A DNA stretch of 64,000 nt from positions 37,634,001 through 37,698,000 of the forward strand of contig OX597840.1 in NCBI GenBank assembly GCA_951406725.2, written 5' to 3'. Shown here one piece after another: positions 1-14,316 of this stretch. The position numbers and the translations under genes are program-made. How positions within the stretch are numbered: position 1 is the stretch's first letter; each line of letters starts with the position of its first letter. The notes under the pieces are model-generated. The model was given only the letters and a program-made list of their open reading frames with translations. It searched no databases and had not been told where the DNA came from. This DNA comes from Octopus vulgaris (lineage: Eukaryota).

Positions 1-1319
1 GACTTCTTATCTATTTCTCGTTATCAATCTATATTTATCATTGGATGTATTTAAATATGATTATACATACGTATACACATACATTCATATACACATAAAC
101 GTATAAGTGTATAATACATATGTGTGTGTTGCTCGATGGATAGATAGGTGCATGCATACACCTATATGCATTTTATTGTGTTTATGAAATATATGTTAAA
201 TATATGTGTGGTTGTGTTTTTATAAATAGGTATTTGTGTGCATAGACAAAACACTTCCACTCAAAGAGCTACGAATGATAGAAGCAATATGTTAGCCATA
301 ATATATGAATGAAAGACGGTTTCTCTCCATTTATCACTGAAACTACATAGCCAAGGGAACATACAGCAGACACCGGGGCGACCACATAACTATACAATGT
401 TTCCGAAACTATATCATCTTCACAACTACAATAAAACAATATTGAGGTCAAGGAGGTGAATAGTTTCCTCCCACCAACACAATCACCCAACTCAACGCCA
501 CTTCCAGGCAAATGCATTAGTGGAAGTAATTTTTTTCAAAGAAATGGTGTAAACTATACATCATGGAGAGATTAGTGAATATAGGGTGAAGGTGTAATTG
601 TTGATGGAGATTATGTTAGCGAATGTGTGCAAGTATGGATGTCTGTCATAATTCATGTATGCGTGTGTGTGTGTGTGTTAAAATAATGGGTGTAATGGAC
701 AAATATAGAGATTCAATGCTAGAGGAAATAAAGTGATAGGGAGTGTGATGGTGTCTTTGTGTGAGGGGGCAAAAGTTAGAGGAAGTGATATTGAGAAGGA
801 TTGTGTGTGAAATTGCGTTGATGAACGAGGTTATGTGAAAGTGTAACAAATGTTATGTGTGTGTGTCTGAGTTTATGTGTGTATGTGGCTGTGAACGAAG
901 GTGAGTAAGGGTGTGTGTGAGGATGATATGATATAGTGAGGTAGGCTAATAAAGTGTGGGGGTAGGATATTTCGAACGTATAAGAGTGTTTATGGGCGAA
1001 AGGTGTTATACGACACCTAGTGTTAAGAACTATGGCATGATAGGTGTGAGGAGAGCTGGTATTTTGGCCAACATTTCGACCAATAGGAAACAAAATATAT
1101 GCCATTGCTGTGAATACTATTTCCTCCCTACCTGGGATTTTGCGATGGAGTCCTGCGGGCGCCGTGTTGGATATTTTTGTAACATGGACATACACTTCCC
1201 GTTCAATTATTTCTAAACTTGTAAACAGGAAAAAGAAGGAAGTGCTGGAAGGTGGGAGTGAGTGTCAGAAGGAACAGGAGTAAAATAAGGAGGAAAATAT
1301 AATAGGGAAGAAAAAAAAC

Positions 1320-1672
1320 GGAAGAGGAGAAGGAGGAGAAGAAGAAGAAGAAGAGGAAGAAGGGGAAGAGGAGGAGCAAGAAGAAGAAGAACAACAACAA
1401 CAACAAGAAAAAGAAGGAGGAGGCGGAGAAGAAGAAGAAGAAGAAGAAGAAGAAGCAGAAGAAGAAGAAGAAGAAGAAGAAGAAGGAGGAGAAGAAGGAG
1501 AAGAAGAAGAAGAAGAAGAAGGAGAATAAGAAGGAGAAGAAGAAGGAGAAGGAGAAGAAGGAGAAGAAGAAGAAGAAAAAGATGAAAAAGAAGAAGCAGA
1601 AGAAGAAGAAGAAAAGAAGAAGAAGAAGAAGAAGAGGAGAGGGAGGGGGAGGAGAAGAAGGAATAATAATAA
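1320..1672. repeat. Compound (GAA/GGA)n purine microsatellite
   Basis: Long gaagaagaa runs with interspersed gga/caa; explains the poly-L/S/F ORFs 1203-1767. Confidence 0.95.
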
Positions 1673-2235
1673 GAATCGACGACAGTACATGAGTGATACT
1701 TTTTTATGGACGCAGAATGCGAAGCAGATAAAAAATTGCGCCACAGTTTATTGGACGCTCTACCCATTTCGTCGACGCACCGCCTTCTAAAACATCAACT
1801 CAAAAATGGAGCCCGTACGTAGATACACAAAGTGTTAGCAGTAGCAGCCGAATTTGCTGGAACGATTCCCAAATTTGGTTAATAAACTTTTGGTTCGAAC
1901 TTTGGTTCATCCACATTACTTCTGGTTCCTGCACATCGTTTAATAAACATTTGGTTCGTCCACGTTACTCGGGAGGCAGCATATGGCGATTTTTAAAAAC
2001 CCTTTTACGCTACTTTTGGGCATTTACTAATTATGTGTTTAACTGCACCAAATGATTTTCTTCTTACACAGTCTACACCAAGGTAATAATATTGTCTTTG
2101 TAAAGGCTGGGGTTTGATTGAGTCGGTTCGTATAGCGCGTATTGAGTCGGTTCGTGTAGCGCAAGGATCAATATTTCATGTTCCCTTCTTTAAGGTCCAG
2201 CTTTGGTCACATCATCAATTGAACAGCTTCCTATA

Positions 2236-2378
2236 TACGAGTGGCTGTGTGGTAAGTAGCTTGCTAAAAACCACACAGATCCGGGTTCAATCCCACTGCG
2301 TAGCACCTTGAAAATGTATCTTCTACTATAGCCTCGGGCTGACCAAAGCCTTGTGAGTAGATTTGGTAAACAGAAAGT
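2236..2378 (+). mobile_element. tRNA-derived SINE family A, 5' half (interrupted)
   Basis: gagtggctgtgtggtaag (A box), gggttcaatccc (B box), gcaccttg..tcttctactatagcctcggg; matches the copies at 7855-8260 and 15869-16258. Confidence 0.9.
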
Positions 2379-2380
2379 TA

Positions 2381-2412
<32 letters not shown>

Positions 2413-2413
2413 T

Positions 2414-2471
<58 letters not shown>

Positions 2472-2475
<4 letters not shown>

Positions 2476-2880
2476 GTATATTTGCCATCTAAATGTGGCT
2501 AACCACTAAGGGCGAATGTTACTGTAGCTTGTAGCCCCAGGAGAACATCTCCAGCTGGCTATTCACACACTTTCTGTGCCCTATCGGTATTTGCAAAGGG
2601 AGGCCATCCTTTCCATCGTCGACCTAACGTGATACGCACGGACCCGGGATTCTGGGTATTTACACGTCATCAGCCCACGACAATCACCGGTCTTCGATGC
2701 GAAGGGGTCCCAATGCAGATACCGATAGAGCAATAAAAGTGTGTCAATAGCCAGCTGGATAAGATGTTTCCCCAGGGCTACAAGCTACAGTAGCATCCAC
2801 CCTTAATGGTTAGCCACATTCAAGTGACAAATATACTTCACATTGTCGTGCAGTTACTGTTTATACCTCGTTCAGAGATT

Positions 2881-2885
<5 letters not shown>
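2472..2885. mobile_element. Fold-back element with ~150-bp inverted arms, between (TA)n tracts
   Basis: 2472-~2624 (tgaagtatatttgccatctaaatgtggctaacc...ctatcggtatttgc) is a diverged reverse complement of ~2689-2839 (gcagataccgatag...ggttagccacattcaagtgacaaatatacttca); the right arm extends to the TA tract. Confidence 0.85.
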
Positions 2886-2927
<42 letters not shown>

Positions 2928-2930
<3 letters not shown>

Positions 2931-3106
2931 TTGTGTGTCTGTGTTTGTCAAACCACCATGGCTTCACAACCGATGTTGGTGTGTTTATGTACCCGCAACT
3001 TAGTGGTTCGACAAAAGAAGTCGATAGAATAAATACTAAGCTTAAAAAAGAATAAGGGGTCGATTTGTTCGACTAAAAGCGCTGCTCCAGCATGGCCGCA
3101 GTCAAA
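2928..3106 (+). mobile_element. SINE family A, 3' half
   Basis: acaaccgatgttggtgtgtttatgt...ggggtcgatttgttcgactaaaagcgctgctccagcatggccgcagtcaaat; continues the copy begun at 2236. Confidence 0.85.
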
Positions 3107-3135
3107 TTATGTATGTATTTATATATGAAAATATG

Positions 3136-3177
<42 letters not shown>

Positions 3178-3188
3178 AAATATGTATG

Positions 3189-3230
<42 letters not shown>

Positions 3231-3311
3231 CATATATATATTTATTTATATATATATACACATATATATATATATATATCATATATATATGCAATCATAT
3301 ATATATATATA

Positions 3312-3390
<79 letters not shown>

Positions 3391-4413
3391 TATGTTTATG
3401 CACATTCGTAATTCCTAAATTCCAACTATTTTCCAAGTTGTTTACACGGCCAGACATTTAAGAACTGTTTATGAGATTCGGTATCAGATTAAATCATTGG
3501 CGGGAGGGATGTTTTTAAACAAACACATTAATTAATAAAAACGGCGTAGATTAATTAGTAGACAACACTGTTTCTAGAGCGTTATCTTTATTCCTGATTA
3601 TGTCCACAGACTGGTGATGGAAGTATGATGAAAGTGGCCACCATGTTAACGTTTAGTTCTTCACTCTATTCTCGTTGATGCTTTTGAATGATGAAAGGGT
3701 AAACATCAACATCACTGCGCAAGAAAAACAGAAGCGATAACACCAGACATCCCGTCTGACATTGTAATAAATAGTTGATCCATTCCACTGTCCAGGCAAA
3801 GCTGACCTTGGTAGAGAGAGGGAACAAGAATCATTCTTAACCGCCGCTCTACCGACTTACAAGTTAGGGCAGTCGATTCTATTCAGTCAAACTAAATTCC
3901 CGAGACTTCCAATTGTGGGAAGCTCAGAAGCCCCCCTCCAAACCGTTAAATATTTGCAAAACAGCAATCTGAGATGATACAGCAGAAACAACGTTAAGCC
4001 ATTGAAGTTCATTATATAATATTCTTTTTTCCGTTGTCATCTTTGTTTACGCACACACACTTACATAGAAACACACACATAGATATCCATCTGTGCATAT
4101 GCATGTACGTATGTATGTATGTAATGATCTTTTGCAGAGTGCAAGCACAGTATTTCGTACGAATACGAAACAAAAAGCATTAAATGTGAGTTGTAAAGTA
4201 TGTAAGCCGCAAATAAAGCAGCAATCTCGAGTGCAACGCAATTTTCCCCATTTCGGCATGTCACACGCCATTATCACTTCCGATTTTATCAACGATAGCT
4301 AATGTTAAAACCAGAGTTATGGCCCAAGCAAATCCGCTTCTAAGAAATTGTACCGACTACCCACGTCATACAATGAGCAATATAGCACCCGTTGGCAAGC
4401 ACGGCCATGCAAA

Positions 4414-4485
<72 letters not shown>

Positions 4486-5130
4486 AATCCATACATGCAT
4501 ACATATATGTATATGTATATATTTATATATATATTTATATTTATATATATGTATGTACATATATATGTATATGTACATATATATATATGCATATATATAT
4601 ATGTACATATATATATATGCATATATATATATATACATGTGTGTGTGTGTGTGTGTATTTGGCATGTGATTTCTTTTAACAGAAATTGAAAGCAGTAATA
4701 AATTTGGAGGTTAATCAAGTATATTTTTTATACTGGTCCTTAATTAGTTCCTGACAGCAACGCGCCTTTCATGATGAAGCCTTGATATTTGATTGTATCC
4801 GGTATAAAACCATAAACTCTACGTTTTCGGTCAAATCACATGTTGTTGGAATACAAACATGCTAATATAAGCATAATAATATATCTTGACAATACTATAA
4901 ACACAAAATTTGTTGTTGGCCAAACCGATTGAGAAGATTTCTCACATTACAAAGAGGCAAATGCCGAGGCGATGTTCGATTTAGCCTGTATACATATGAA
5001 GATTGAATATGTTTATTTTATTGCTATTGAAGACAAATATTTTCACTTCAACATGAAACTTCGTTTGCTGTCTGGATGTTATTCAATCTCTCTATATGAA
5101 ACGCACACAAACAGACACAATTACATGCAA

Positions 5131-5186
<56 letters not shown>

Positions 5187-5212
5187 CATACATATATGTG
5201 TGTGTATGTATG

Positions 5213-5257
<45 letters not shown>

Positions 5258-5499
5258 GTATACATGCTTGTATGAAAGTAAACATTATCTTTCTATCTAC
5301 TATTCATCGCTATATAACAATCACACACACGTGCATACTTACTGCACACATACACACACATATATATTTAGATAGATAGATGGATAGACCTATATGTATA
5401 TGTGTATATACATATTCTATATACATATGTGTATGTGCAAGATACATACATACACACACACACACAGAGCCCCATGTATATATATATTTGTCTTAAAGG

Positions 5500-5759
5500 A
5501 GCACTCCGTCGGTTACGCCGACGAGTTTCCCAGCTGATCCGATCAACGGAACAGTTTGCTCGTGAAATTAACGTGCAAGTGGCTGAGCACTCCACAGACA
5601 CGTGTACCCTTAACATAGTTTTCGGAGAGATTCAGCGTGATACAGAGTGTGACAAGGCTGGCCCTTAAAAATACAGGACATAACGCGTCGCCGGGAATTG
5701 AACTCACAACCTCACGATCGTGATCCGAATGCCCTAACCATTAAGCCACGCGCCTTCAC
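5500..5759 (-). mobile_element. tRNA-derived SINE family C (internally deleted)
   Basis: Minus-strand head gtgaaggcgcgtggcttaatggttaggg...gagttcaattcccgg (A/B boxes); body similar to 45092-45413. Confidence 0.85.
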
Positions 5760-5814
5760 TATATATATATATGTGTGTGTGAGTATGTGTGTGTATGTGT
5801 ATGTGTATGTGTGT

Positions 5815-5853
<39 letters not shown>

Positions 5854-6188
5854 TAATATATATATAGATGTAATAGCTGGTGCAAAGAATGTCAGCTGCA
5901 GTGTAGAAAGAGATGGTCACCACATTGTCGGATTGTTAACAATTCTTTCACAGAGAATCTTAAAATAAGAGACGAATTTCATAACAAAAACTAGACACTT
6001 TTACACATAAGTTTGCAGGTTTCCATGTATGTATGCGCAAATAAAAGCACTTGTAAGAAAGGGATATATAAAGGCAGAGAAACTTGGAGATATATACATG
6101 CGTAGAATGAGACAGCCAATCACATATTTTTTAACATCTTGCGCACAACCTCTGCCTCTATAGATGCTATATATACATATGTACACTC

Positions 6189-6291
<103 letters not shown>

Positions 6292-6529
6292 TATGCATAG
6301 GTATACACACAAATAAATACAAATATATTCATGCGCACAAAGAAAACTGTGGAATCAGATAAATAGTGTCTCTCTCATCTGGCATCCGCCTGCAGTTAGT
6401 TCTATGACGACAATAGTTAGAAATTCAGTGTTGAAGTAACGTCTTCTTTTTGTAACGAACCACGTTTCAAAATCGATGAAAGGAATCTGATTGACCAGTT
6501 GCTTTTTTGCAGACGAATATATGCATAGA

Positions 6530-6970
<441 letters not shown>

Positions 6971-7697
6971 TCTTCATATACACACATGCATACATGTACA
7001 CAGACAAGCGCAACATTTATATGGATGTAGACATAGGTCATACGTCTGGAAATGTTTAAGAGACGGAAATACGTCTGACGAACGCGTCTCATATTAGCAT
7101 TACAGATGGCTGTTGTCGGTGTTTCGACCTACAACCGAAAAGTCATATTTTACCCAATGCGTGTGTTTCATTTTATTTTTTCTTCACATAGTTTCCTAGC
7201 AAATAGCAATAACGCAGGTGAGGTGAATTGTAACGACGGTTCAGGTGAAATGTCTCACCTGGACAATGATTCGTTCATGTAGGTATTTCTTTTTTTTTAT
7301 TTTTTGTTTACAACACACATAAGCTGCATATTGTATTTATATTCACATCAGCGCAGACACACGCGTAGATATTTACTATTTGAAGTCCATATAATGTGGT
7401 CATTCTCGGACAATGGCAAAATCACAAAGGCCACGTTTAGAAATTCTTAACCATAAAACTTTCGCCAACCAGAAAATATAGAACGTTACTAGCCACGTCT
7501 GTGTATATTCACAAACTTATATTTATGTATATATAATTGTGGAAGGCCCGATGTAGAATTGAATGACAATTGTTAATCCTGAAAATTCGTTTTGGCAGAC
7601 TCTACTGTTGTTGCGACCGACGGTTTGTTCAATTCAAGATCAGGCGATGTTTAGCAAAATTTATTTTAATTTTATTTGTTGAAGAGTTTGCTTAAAC

Positions 7698-7850
7698 CAG
7701 TGGTTCCCAAACTTTTGCACACTGTCGCTCCCTCGGCACCCAGGCCACTTTCCTAGCACCCCATCACCCTCCGCAAAACTAATATAGACCAGTTTCTGCA
7801 GCAAATTCGAAACAAATGTTTTTCACAAACAAAACTTAAACCTAGTTAAG
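7698..7850 (+). mobile_element. hAT-Charlie-type DNA transposon 5' terminus (remnant)
   Basis: cagtggttcccaaactttt is a typical Charlie/MER5-like TIR; no intact right TIR found. Confidence 0.5.
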
Positions 7851-7854
7851 CTAT

Positions 7855-8260
7855 TACTCTTTTTACTCTTTTACTTGTTTCAGCGATTTGACCGCGGCCA
7901 TGCTGGAGCACCGCCTTTAGTCGAGCAACTCGACCCCAGGACTTATTCTTTGTAAGCCAAGTACTTATTATATCGGTCTGTTTTGCCGAACCGCTAAGTG
8001 ACGGGGACGTAAACACACCAGCATCGGTTGTCAAGCAATGCTAGGGGGACAAACACAGACACACAAAAACACACACATACATATATATACATATATACGA
8101 CAAGCTTCTTTCAGTTTCCGTCTACCAAATCCACTCACAAGGCATTGGTCGGCCCGGGGCTATAGCAGAAGACACTTGCACAAGATGCCACGCGGTGGGA
8201 CTGAACCCGGAATCATGTGGTTGGTTAGCAAACTATTTACCACACAGCCACTCCTGCGCC
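7855..8260 (-). mobile_element. SINE family A, full length (CORE-like central block)
   Basis: Minus strand reads ggcgcaggagtggctgtgtgg...gggttcagtccc...ggcatcttgtgcaagtgtctt, then an internal TA/CA microsatellite and the tail ggcggtgctccagcatggccgcgg...tgaaacaagtaaaagagtaaaagag. Confidence 0.92.
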
Positions 8261-8550
8261 TATTAAAATATTTTTTTACATCTATCTCCCCATTTTGGCC
8301 ACCCTATTATCATTCCATTTTTCTTCAACGCCCTCTGGATTTTTCAACCGCCCCCAAGGGGACACTACTGTCTCCAGGTACCGTTTAAGGCTAAGTGGGG
8401 ACATTAGCTCCCTTGGTGGAGGTATAAGAATGCAGTTGTACATCGATAGCCAACTGTAAAAGATGTTATCCTGGGAGGTGGGGGCTACAAAAAGGCAGTA
8501 ACATCGTCCTAATCAGGACCGCCACTTTACGTTGGCAAAAAAGACTTTAC

Positions 8551-8613
<63 letters not shown>

Positions 8614-8697
8614 ATGTGTGTGTATCTATATGTATATATTTGGGTGTATATATTTGGGTGTATATATTTGTGTATATATTTGGGTGTATATATATAG

Positions 8698-8927
8698 GGC
8701 GGCGAGCTACCAGAAACGTTAGCACGCTGGGCGAAATGAGCAGCCGTATTTCGTCTGTCGTTACGTTCCGAGTTCAAATTCCGCCGAGGTTGACTTTGCC
8801 ATTCATCCTTTCGGGGTCGATAAATAAAGTACCAGTTACGCACTGGGGTCGATATAATCGACTTAATCCGTTTGTCTGTCCTTGTTTGTCCCCTCTATGT
8901 TTAGCCCCTTGTGGGTAGTAAAGAAAT
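8698..8927 (+). mobile_element. tRNA-derived SINE family B (Nin/Deu-domain-like block)
   Basis: ggcggcgagct...gagttcaaattcc (B box)...ttgccattcatcctttcggggtcgataaataaagtaccag, with tail ccccttgtgggtagtaaagaaa; about ten copies or fragments in the window. Confidence 0.9.
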
Positions 8928-9124
8928 ATATATTTGGGTGCAGATACGCATATACGCTTACGCACGCGCAGAGTCTGCTTGGAAGTCAAGTATCAAGCAG
9001 AGGTTATAAAAGACCTTACTTGCTGAAAATGCCGCGTGGAAACATCGGAGATAGAGCTATATACTAACGTAGCAAAGTTCTTCAAGACAGGGCCTTGCTC
9101 CTCAAGAGAAACAAAAGTGAAATT

Positions 9125-9187
<63 letters not shown>

Positions 9188-9571
9188 TGAAAGAGGGAGA
9201 CAGATAGGCAGGCAGACAGAGAAAGGATGGGAGAGAGGGAGAGAGAGAGTAACTTTCTAAGCATTCACTAAACCATTGTAATTCGAAATATTTGCTCACA
9301 AATGACTTTATGGGGTCAAGTCTGTTGATTTTATTTGAAATGTTTCCAGAAGCTCGCAAGTTTATGATATTACAGTCTATAGAATTATTTTAAATACCAC
9401 TGGGGTGTTTGAACAATACCCTATTATTGAGGAGGAAAATATCATCCGAGCCATCTCCTATAATACACGTAGGAAAGAATGGGCAAATTTGATCATACTT
9501 ATGCTTGTGTGTCTATCTCTGTTTACATACATACATACGTATGTATACATGCATGTATGTATGTACATATG

Positions 9572-9615
<44 letters not shown>

Positions 9616-9642
9616 ATATATATATATATATATATAAACATA

Positions 9643-9680
<38 letters not shown>

Positions 9681-10528
9681 TATGTATATATGTATAGATA
9701 TATCTGCGTGTGTGAATGTGTAGAGATAGAAACGCACAAACATATATACGCAATGTGTAAGTAAATACTTTCTTCACGTTTATATTCAGTAAAATGTACC
9801 CGGGAATCGGCGGGTATTCATCTGATATACCATAGCAATAGACATCGTGTCGATGAATCACCTGACGTCATCGGTGTTATTTTTGCTCCTGGAAGGAGAA
9901 TATTTCAGATTATGCGCATGTGTAGATCCGCTGTCGTAGCAAGACTTCTGCCCGTCCCTCCCACCAAGCAACCACGCTTAATTTTTTTCCGCACAACCCT
10001 ACCCCCCATTTCGACTACGGGAAAAATGTATTTGCCAAAAAATTGGCAAAAATCGATATTTGTAAATTACCAACTTCACCCACATTTCCTTCATTTTTAA
10101 CTTTTTTTCCCAATTTTTTTTTTTTTTCAAAATATGCGGAAAAATACAGAGATTATGGTTCTGAAAAAAATTTCCAAAAACCTTTGTAAATTCACGAGAC
10201 TGCGCTTCTGAAATGAAATTTCAATCATTGTCTATAATATTTCGAAATATCATAGTCGAAATGAGTCCTACACACAGGTTCGATGCCGGCAGAAGCGCCT
10301 TTATATTCCTTTCGTCAAAATATCTTACGAGAGTGATATAATATTTATTTTTCTAGAATTCCACGAAAGAACCTGTACGTTATTTGTGTTTGCTTTTTAG
10401 TGGGTTCTTTGATAAGCCGTTTAGATAAACGGTATTTCAGATTTCTCCAATTGCTATCTTGGTACACAGTGCCGTTATTCAACTGTATTTATTCAAGGAA
10501 TACGATTGAATATTTTGATAGTCTAAAG

Positions 10529-10747
10529 CAGTGGTTTTCAACCAGGGTTCCGTGAAACCTTAGGGTTTCGCCAGTACAGTCCAGGGGTTCCGCAAGAAGT
10601 TACAAAACTGCTAAAATCGGCAGTAATTTTTAATTCTCCTGTGCAGATATGTGTGCATAAGACTTTTAAATTATTGCACAGGGGTTCCTCGAGCCTGTGG
10701 AATGTTTCCTTGGGGTTCCGCTCTAGCAAAAATTTTGAAAAGCACTG
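10529..10747. mobile_element. hAT (Charlie-like) MITE, 219 bp
   Basis: TIRs cagtggttttcaa / ttgaaaagcactg; perfect 8-bp TSD gtctaaag at 10521-10528 and 10748-10755. Confidence 0.92.
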
Positions 10748-11207
10748 GTCTAAAGGTATGTTCTTTTTCCTCGTTCTTCTTTTATTGCACTGAATAATAA
10801 AATGTAATAATTTTGCTAATAAAATGGTTCTGGAATAATTAGCGCTTATAATGTCCCCGGTGAAACCGTGATGACGTCTTTCTTGTCTACTGCTTTACAT
10901 AGACATTTAGCATTCAGTTATCGTTAAAGCAATGCAATATATTTTTGGAATAAAGGCACCAGAAAATTGTCTGGGTACAAGAGCCTGTCATATTGAAGAA
11001 TGCATGTAGCAGAATATAGAAAAAATTTGAGAGTGTTGACACTGGGGGCTCCGGAGAGATAAGGGATGTACCAGGCTGATAGCTGATATGTGTGTGACAA
11101 GAGTTAATTTATGAGGAAAGGAATAATTGCAAAATTTGAGAAAACTTTCGAATCGGGAAATATCGGACGTGGCAGAATTATACTTCGAAGACAAATGGGG
11201 CAGAGAA

Positions 11208-11261
<54 letters not shown>

Positions 11262-12233
11262 CAAGAAAGAGAGAAATAGAGATAGATGAGGAGAGAGTGT
11301 GTGGTATAGAGGAGAGAAAGAATTTGAGTGAGTGAGTGTGTGTGTGTGTGTGTGTGTGAGTGTCGGAGGGGAGAAAGGCTAGAAAAGCGATACGTAAAAT
11401 GGTGTCATTTGTTGCATCGTGTTTCTGTCACAGGTTCCTCCTTAAGTCAAACAATGAGATGTTCTCCTAACAGAATGGAAAGGCAGATGTTTTGTGTCTG
11501 TGTATGTGTGTGTGTGTGCGTATGTGTGTGTGTGTGTGTGTGTGGAATGCTTAAACAGAAACCAAATTCCCTAACAAACAAGACATTCATCGTAAATTGC
11601 TTTCGATCTGATTAATCTCGAATGTGTCACAGTGGCTTCGGAATGTGTGTGAAACGGCATATTACGGAGACGTGTATATGTACGTATATATATGTTTCTG
11701 TGTGGAGCTGACGGTGGTGTTGGCTGCAGCGGGGGCGACAGCGCTGCTGGTGGTAATGGTGACGGCAGCAGCGGAAAACAAACCTGATTCTGCAGCATTG
11801 TTATAGCATAAAGCTGAGGCGGCAACGCATTTACTGGGTTACTTCTGATGTTACTGCATGCGTACGTATTCTTACATATACATAAAACAATCCTTATTCT
11901 TGCAAACACACTCATGCATATATATTGATATACGTACACACGTATATGTGAACGTACATCAATTTATATATCTATGTGTGTTGTGTGTGTATGTGTGGCT
12001 ATACATACACATGTACCTTTTTTTTTATTTCCTTTCTTATTTGTCAATTTTGTCTGTTATTGTGTTTTGTTTTGGTGTTGTAACATCAAAGCTTTTCCGA
12101 ATGATTTATATATGCCAATTTAGGAGGGAGAGTATTAACGTGTGTGAACATACGTGTGTACATGTACGTGTGTTGGCATGTATGTTTGTATGTATGTATA
12201 TACATACACACATATATATAAATATATATATAT

Positions 12234-12287
<54 letters not shown>

Positions 12288-12568
12288 CGTACACATATAT
12301 ACACATGTGTGTGTGTGCGTCGATAGATACATTTAGATGGCTATAAACATTTTATATACACATACAAATGTATTTGTAGTAATGCCTCCATAAAAATATG
12401 TACACACACACACATATACATACATGTATATATATATATATATTGATATATATATATATATATGCATATATATATATATACTAATATATATGTCTTTGTC
12501 TGTATATGTGCATTTATATATGCATATATATATGTATTTACATTTATGTATGTATATATATATATACG

Positions 12569-12658
<90 letters not shown>

Positions 12659-14175
12659 AAATACTGCTTCTGTACGCATAAAACCTATGAACAATGACTA
12701 CATAATAGAAGCGTGCAATCTAATATTTATAATACCTTTGATAGTGACTTCGAAGTTGAGCCAGTTTTGTGAATTAGTCAAGCTGTGTGTATTGACTGCA
12801 TACACGGGAAGAGATCGTATTCAACACGTAGAGATCATATGTATGAGTGTGTGTTTGTGTGTGTGCGTGTGTGTGTGTGTGTGTTTGTGCGTGTGTGTGT
12901 GTGTATGTTGAATGAGTGCTTATGCAGTATAGAAATATATCTAGCGAATTCTATAGCTGCCTTTCTTCAAATGTCGTTTAAATCCAATATATCACTGGAA
13001 CGACGTAATATCTGCAATAAGAATGAGTTTGCAGAGAGATAAATTGGTTTGAAGGAATGTTCACAGCAAAATACTTTGAAGAATTAAAACTCAAAATCCC
13101 AAAGATATTTTAAAATTTTATTCTATGTACATTTCTACAGCTGTATCTACAGTTAAATTACAATTTCCTCTCATAAAATGATTCTAAAACGTATAGAAAT
13201 ACAAGCGGAATTTGTTTCCAGGTTATGAGTGGAAAGTTTCATAGGGAACTCCGATTCAAACTGGAAGTTTCACTCCTGATGAAACGGTCAATCTTATTCA
13301 AATGATTATTTGCGTCACATCAAATTCATTACAGAATCTCTAACGGGAAGATGATATGCGTGTTTTAATTGTGGGAAATGTTATAGAAATTTAAAAAAAA
13401 CGAAATTTCGTAATATTTGGAATTTATTGTTTACATACACACAAACACACATACACAAATGCGCGTGCACATACACGCACACTCACACACACTCACACAC
13501 AAACGCACATTTACACACACACACACATTCCCACACATTCTCACACACATACTCACACAGATAGTCATACACACATTCACACACACATTCACACACACGC
13601 ACATAGATACAAACACACACATAAACACTCATATTCACACACACGCACATATTCACACATACACACACACATTCGGATGCGGACGCGTGGAACAATTTCG
13701 TTGTTGTTGCACGCATCTCGGATTGGCCCTGCTGATGGTACGTCCGACGCTGCATCCCCCTTTCTAGCTAGTACTGCTATGACCAGGCGTTCCGTAAGAT
13801 ATCCCTGGCTTCCACTATCCGAGTCTTCCTAAGAGACTATCAAAGAATGTCAAATTTTGTCCTCTTCTAATCATGTATAGAATGCCAACGTGGAACTCCC
13901 ATCTGCTGTGCAACATTCCATTGCTCGACTTATTCAAGGTTGTATTCTAGATACGAAGTGTGTTCTCGCGTTTTTTTTTTCTTGACAAAAGGCTTCAGAA
14001 CTGTGAAAGGCCAACTTCAAGGAATTGCCTGGAAAAATTACTGTCTTATCGTAAGACTGCGTATCGCCAGCCATAGCATGCTCAGTTCCTCATGACCTTC
14101 CACAAAATATGAAAGATCAGCCGCTCCACTCCGATCAGACGTAAACTGACCACACACGACGGTCAGGCAGTAATA

Positions 14176-14316
14176 TAAGGTTGTCCCAAAAGTTCGTAGA
14201 AAATCTTGGTAAATAATGGTCTTTATTTTGAGGAATAACTTTTGTTGTTTTTGTTAGTACTTGGCGAGTAAAAATTCAATTTTCGCAAGTGTTTACGAAC
14301 TTTTGGGACAACCTAA
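14176..14316. mobile_element. Tc1/mariner-type MITE, 141 bp (copy 1)
   Basis: TIR taaggttgtcccaaaagttcgta / tacgaacttttgggacaacctaa, TA on both sides; near-identical inverted copy at 45432-45572. Confidence 0.92.

Noticed and set aside
2590-2730. Hammerhead at the centre of the 2472-2885 fold-back (TCGACGA..GCAAA)
   Set aside because: Core deviates at several invariant positions and differs between arms; not callable without a consensus.
8190-8260. tRNA genes
   Set aside because: A/B-box heads belong to SINEs; no complete cloverleaf.
9860-9878. CRE palindrome TGACGTCA; CCAAT near 39690
   Set aside because: Short motifs expected by chance; no linked gene.
11695-11800. GC-rich Gly/Ala-rich mini-ORF
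   Set aside because: Consistent with a decayed (GGT/GGC)n repeat; no splice or domain support.
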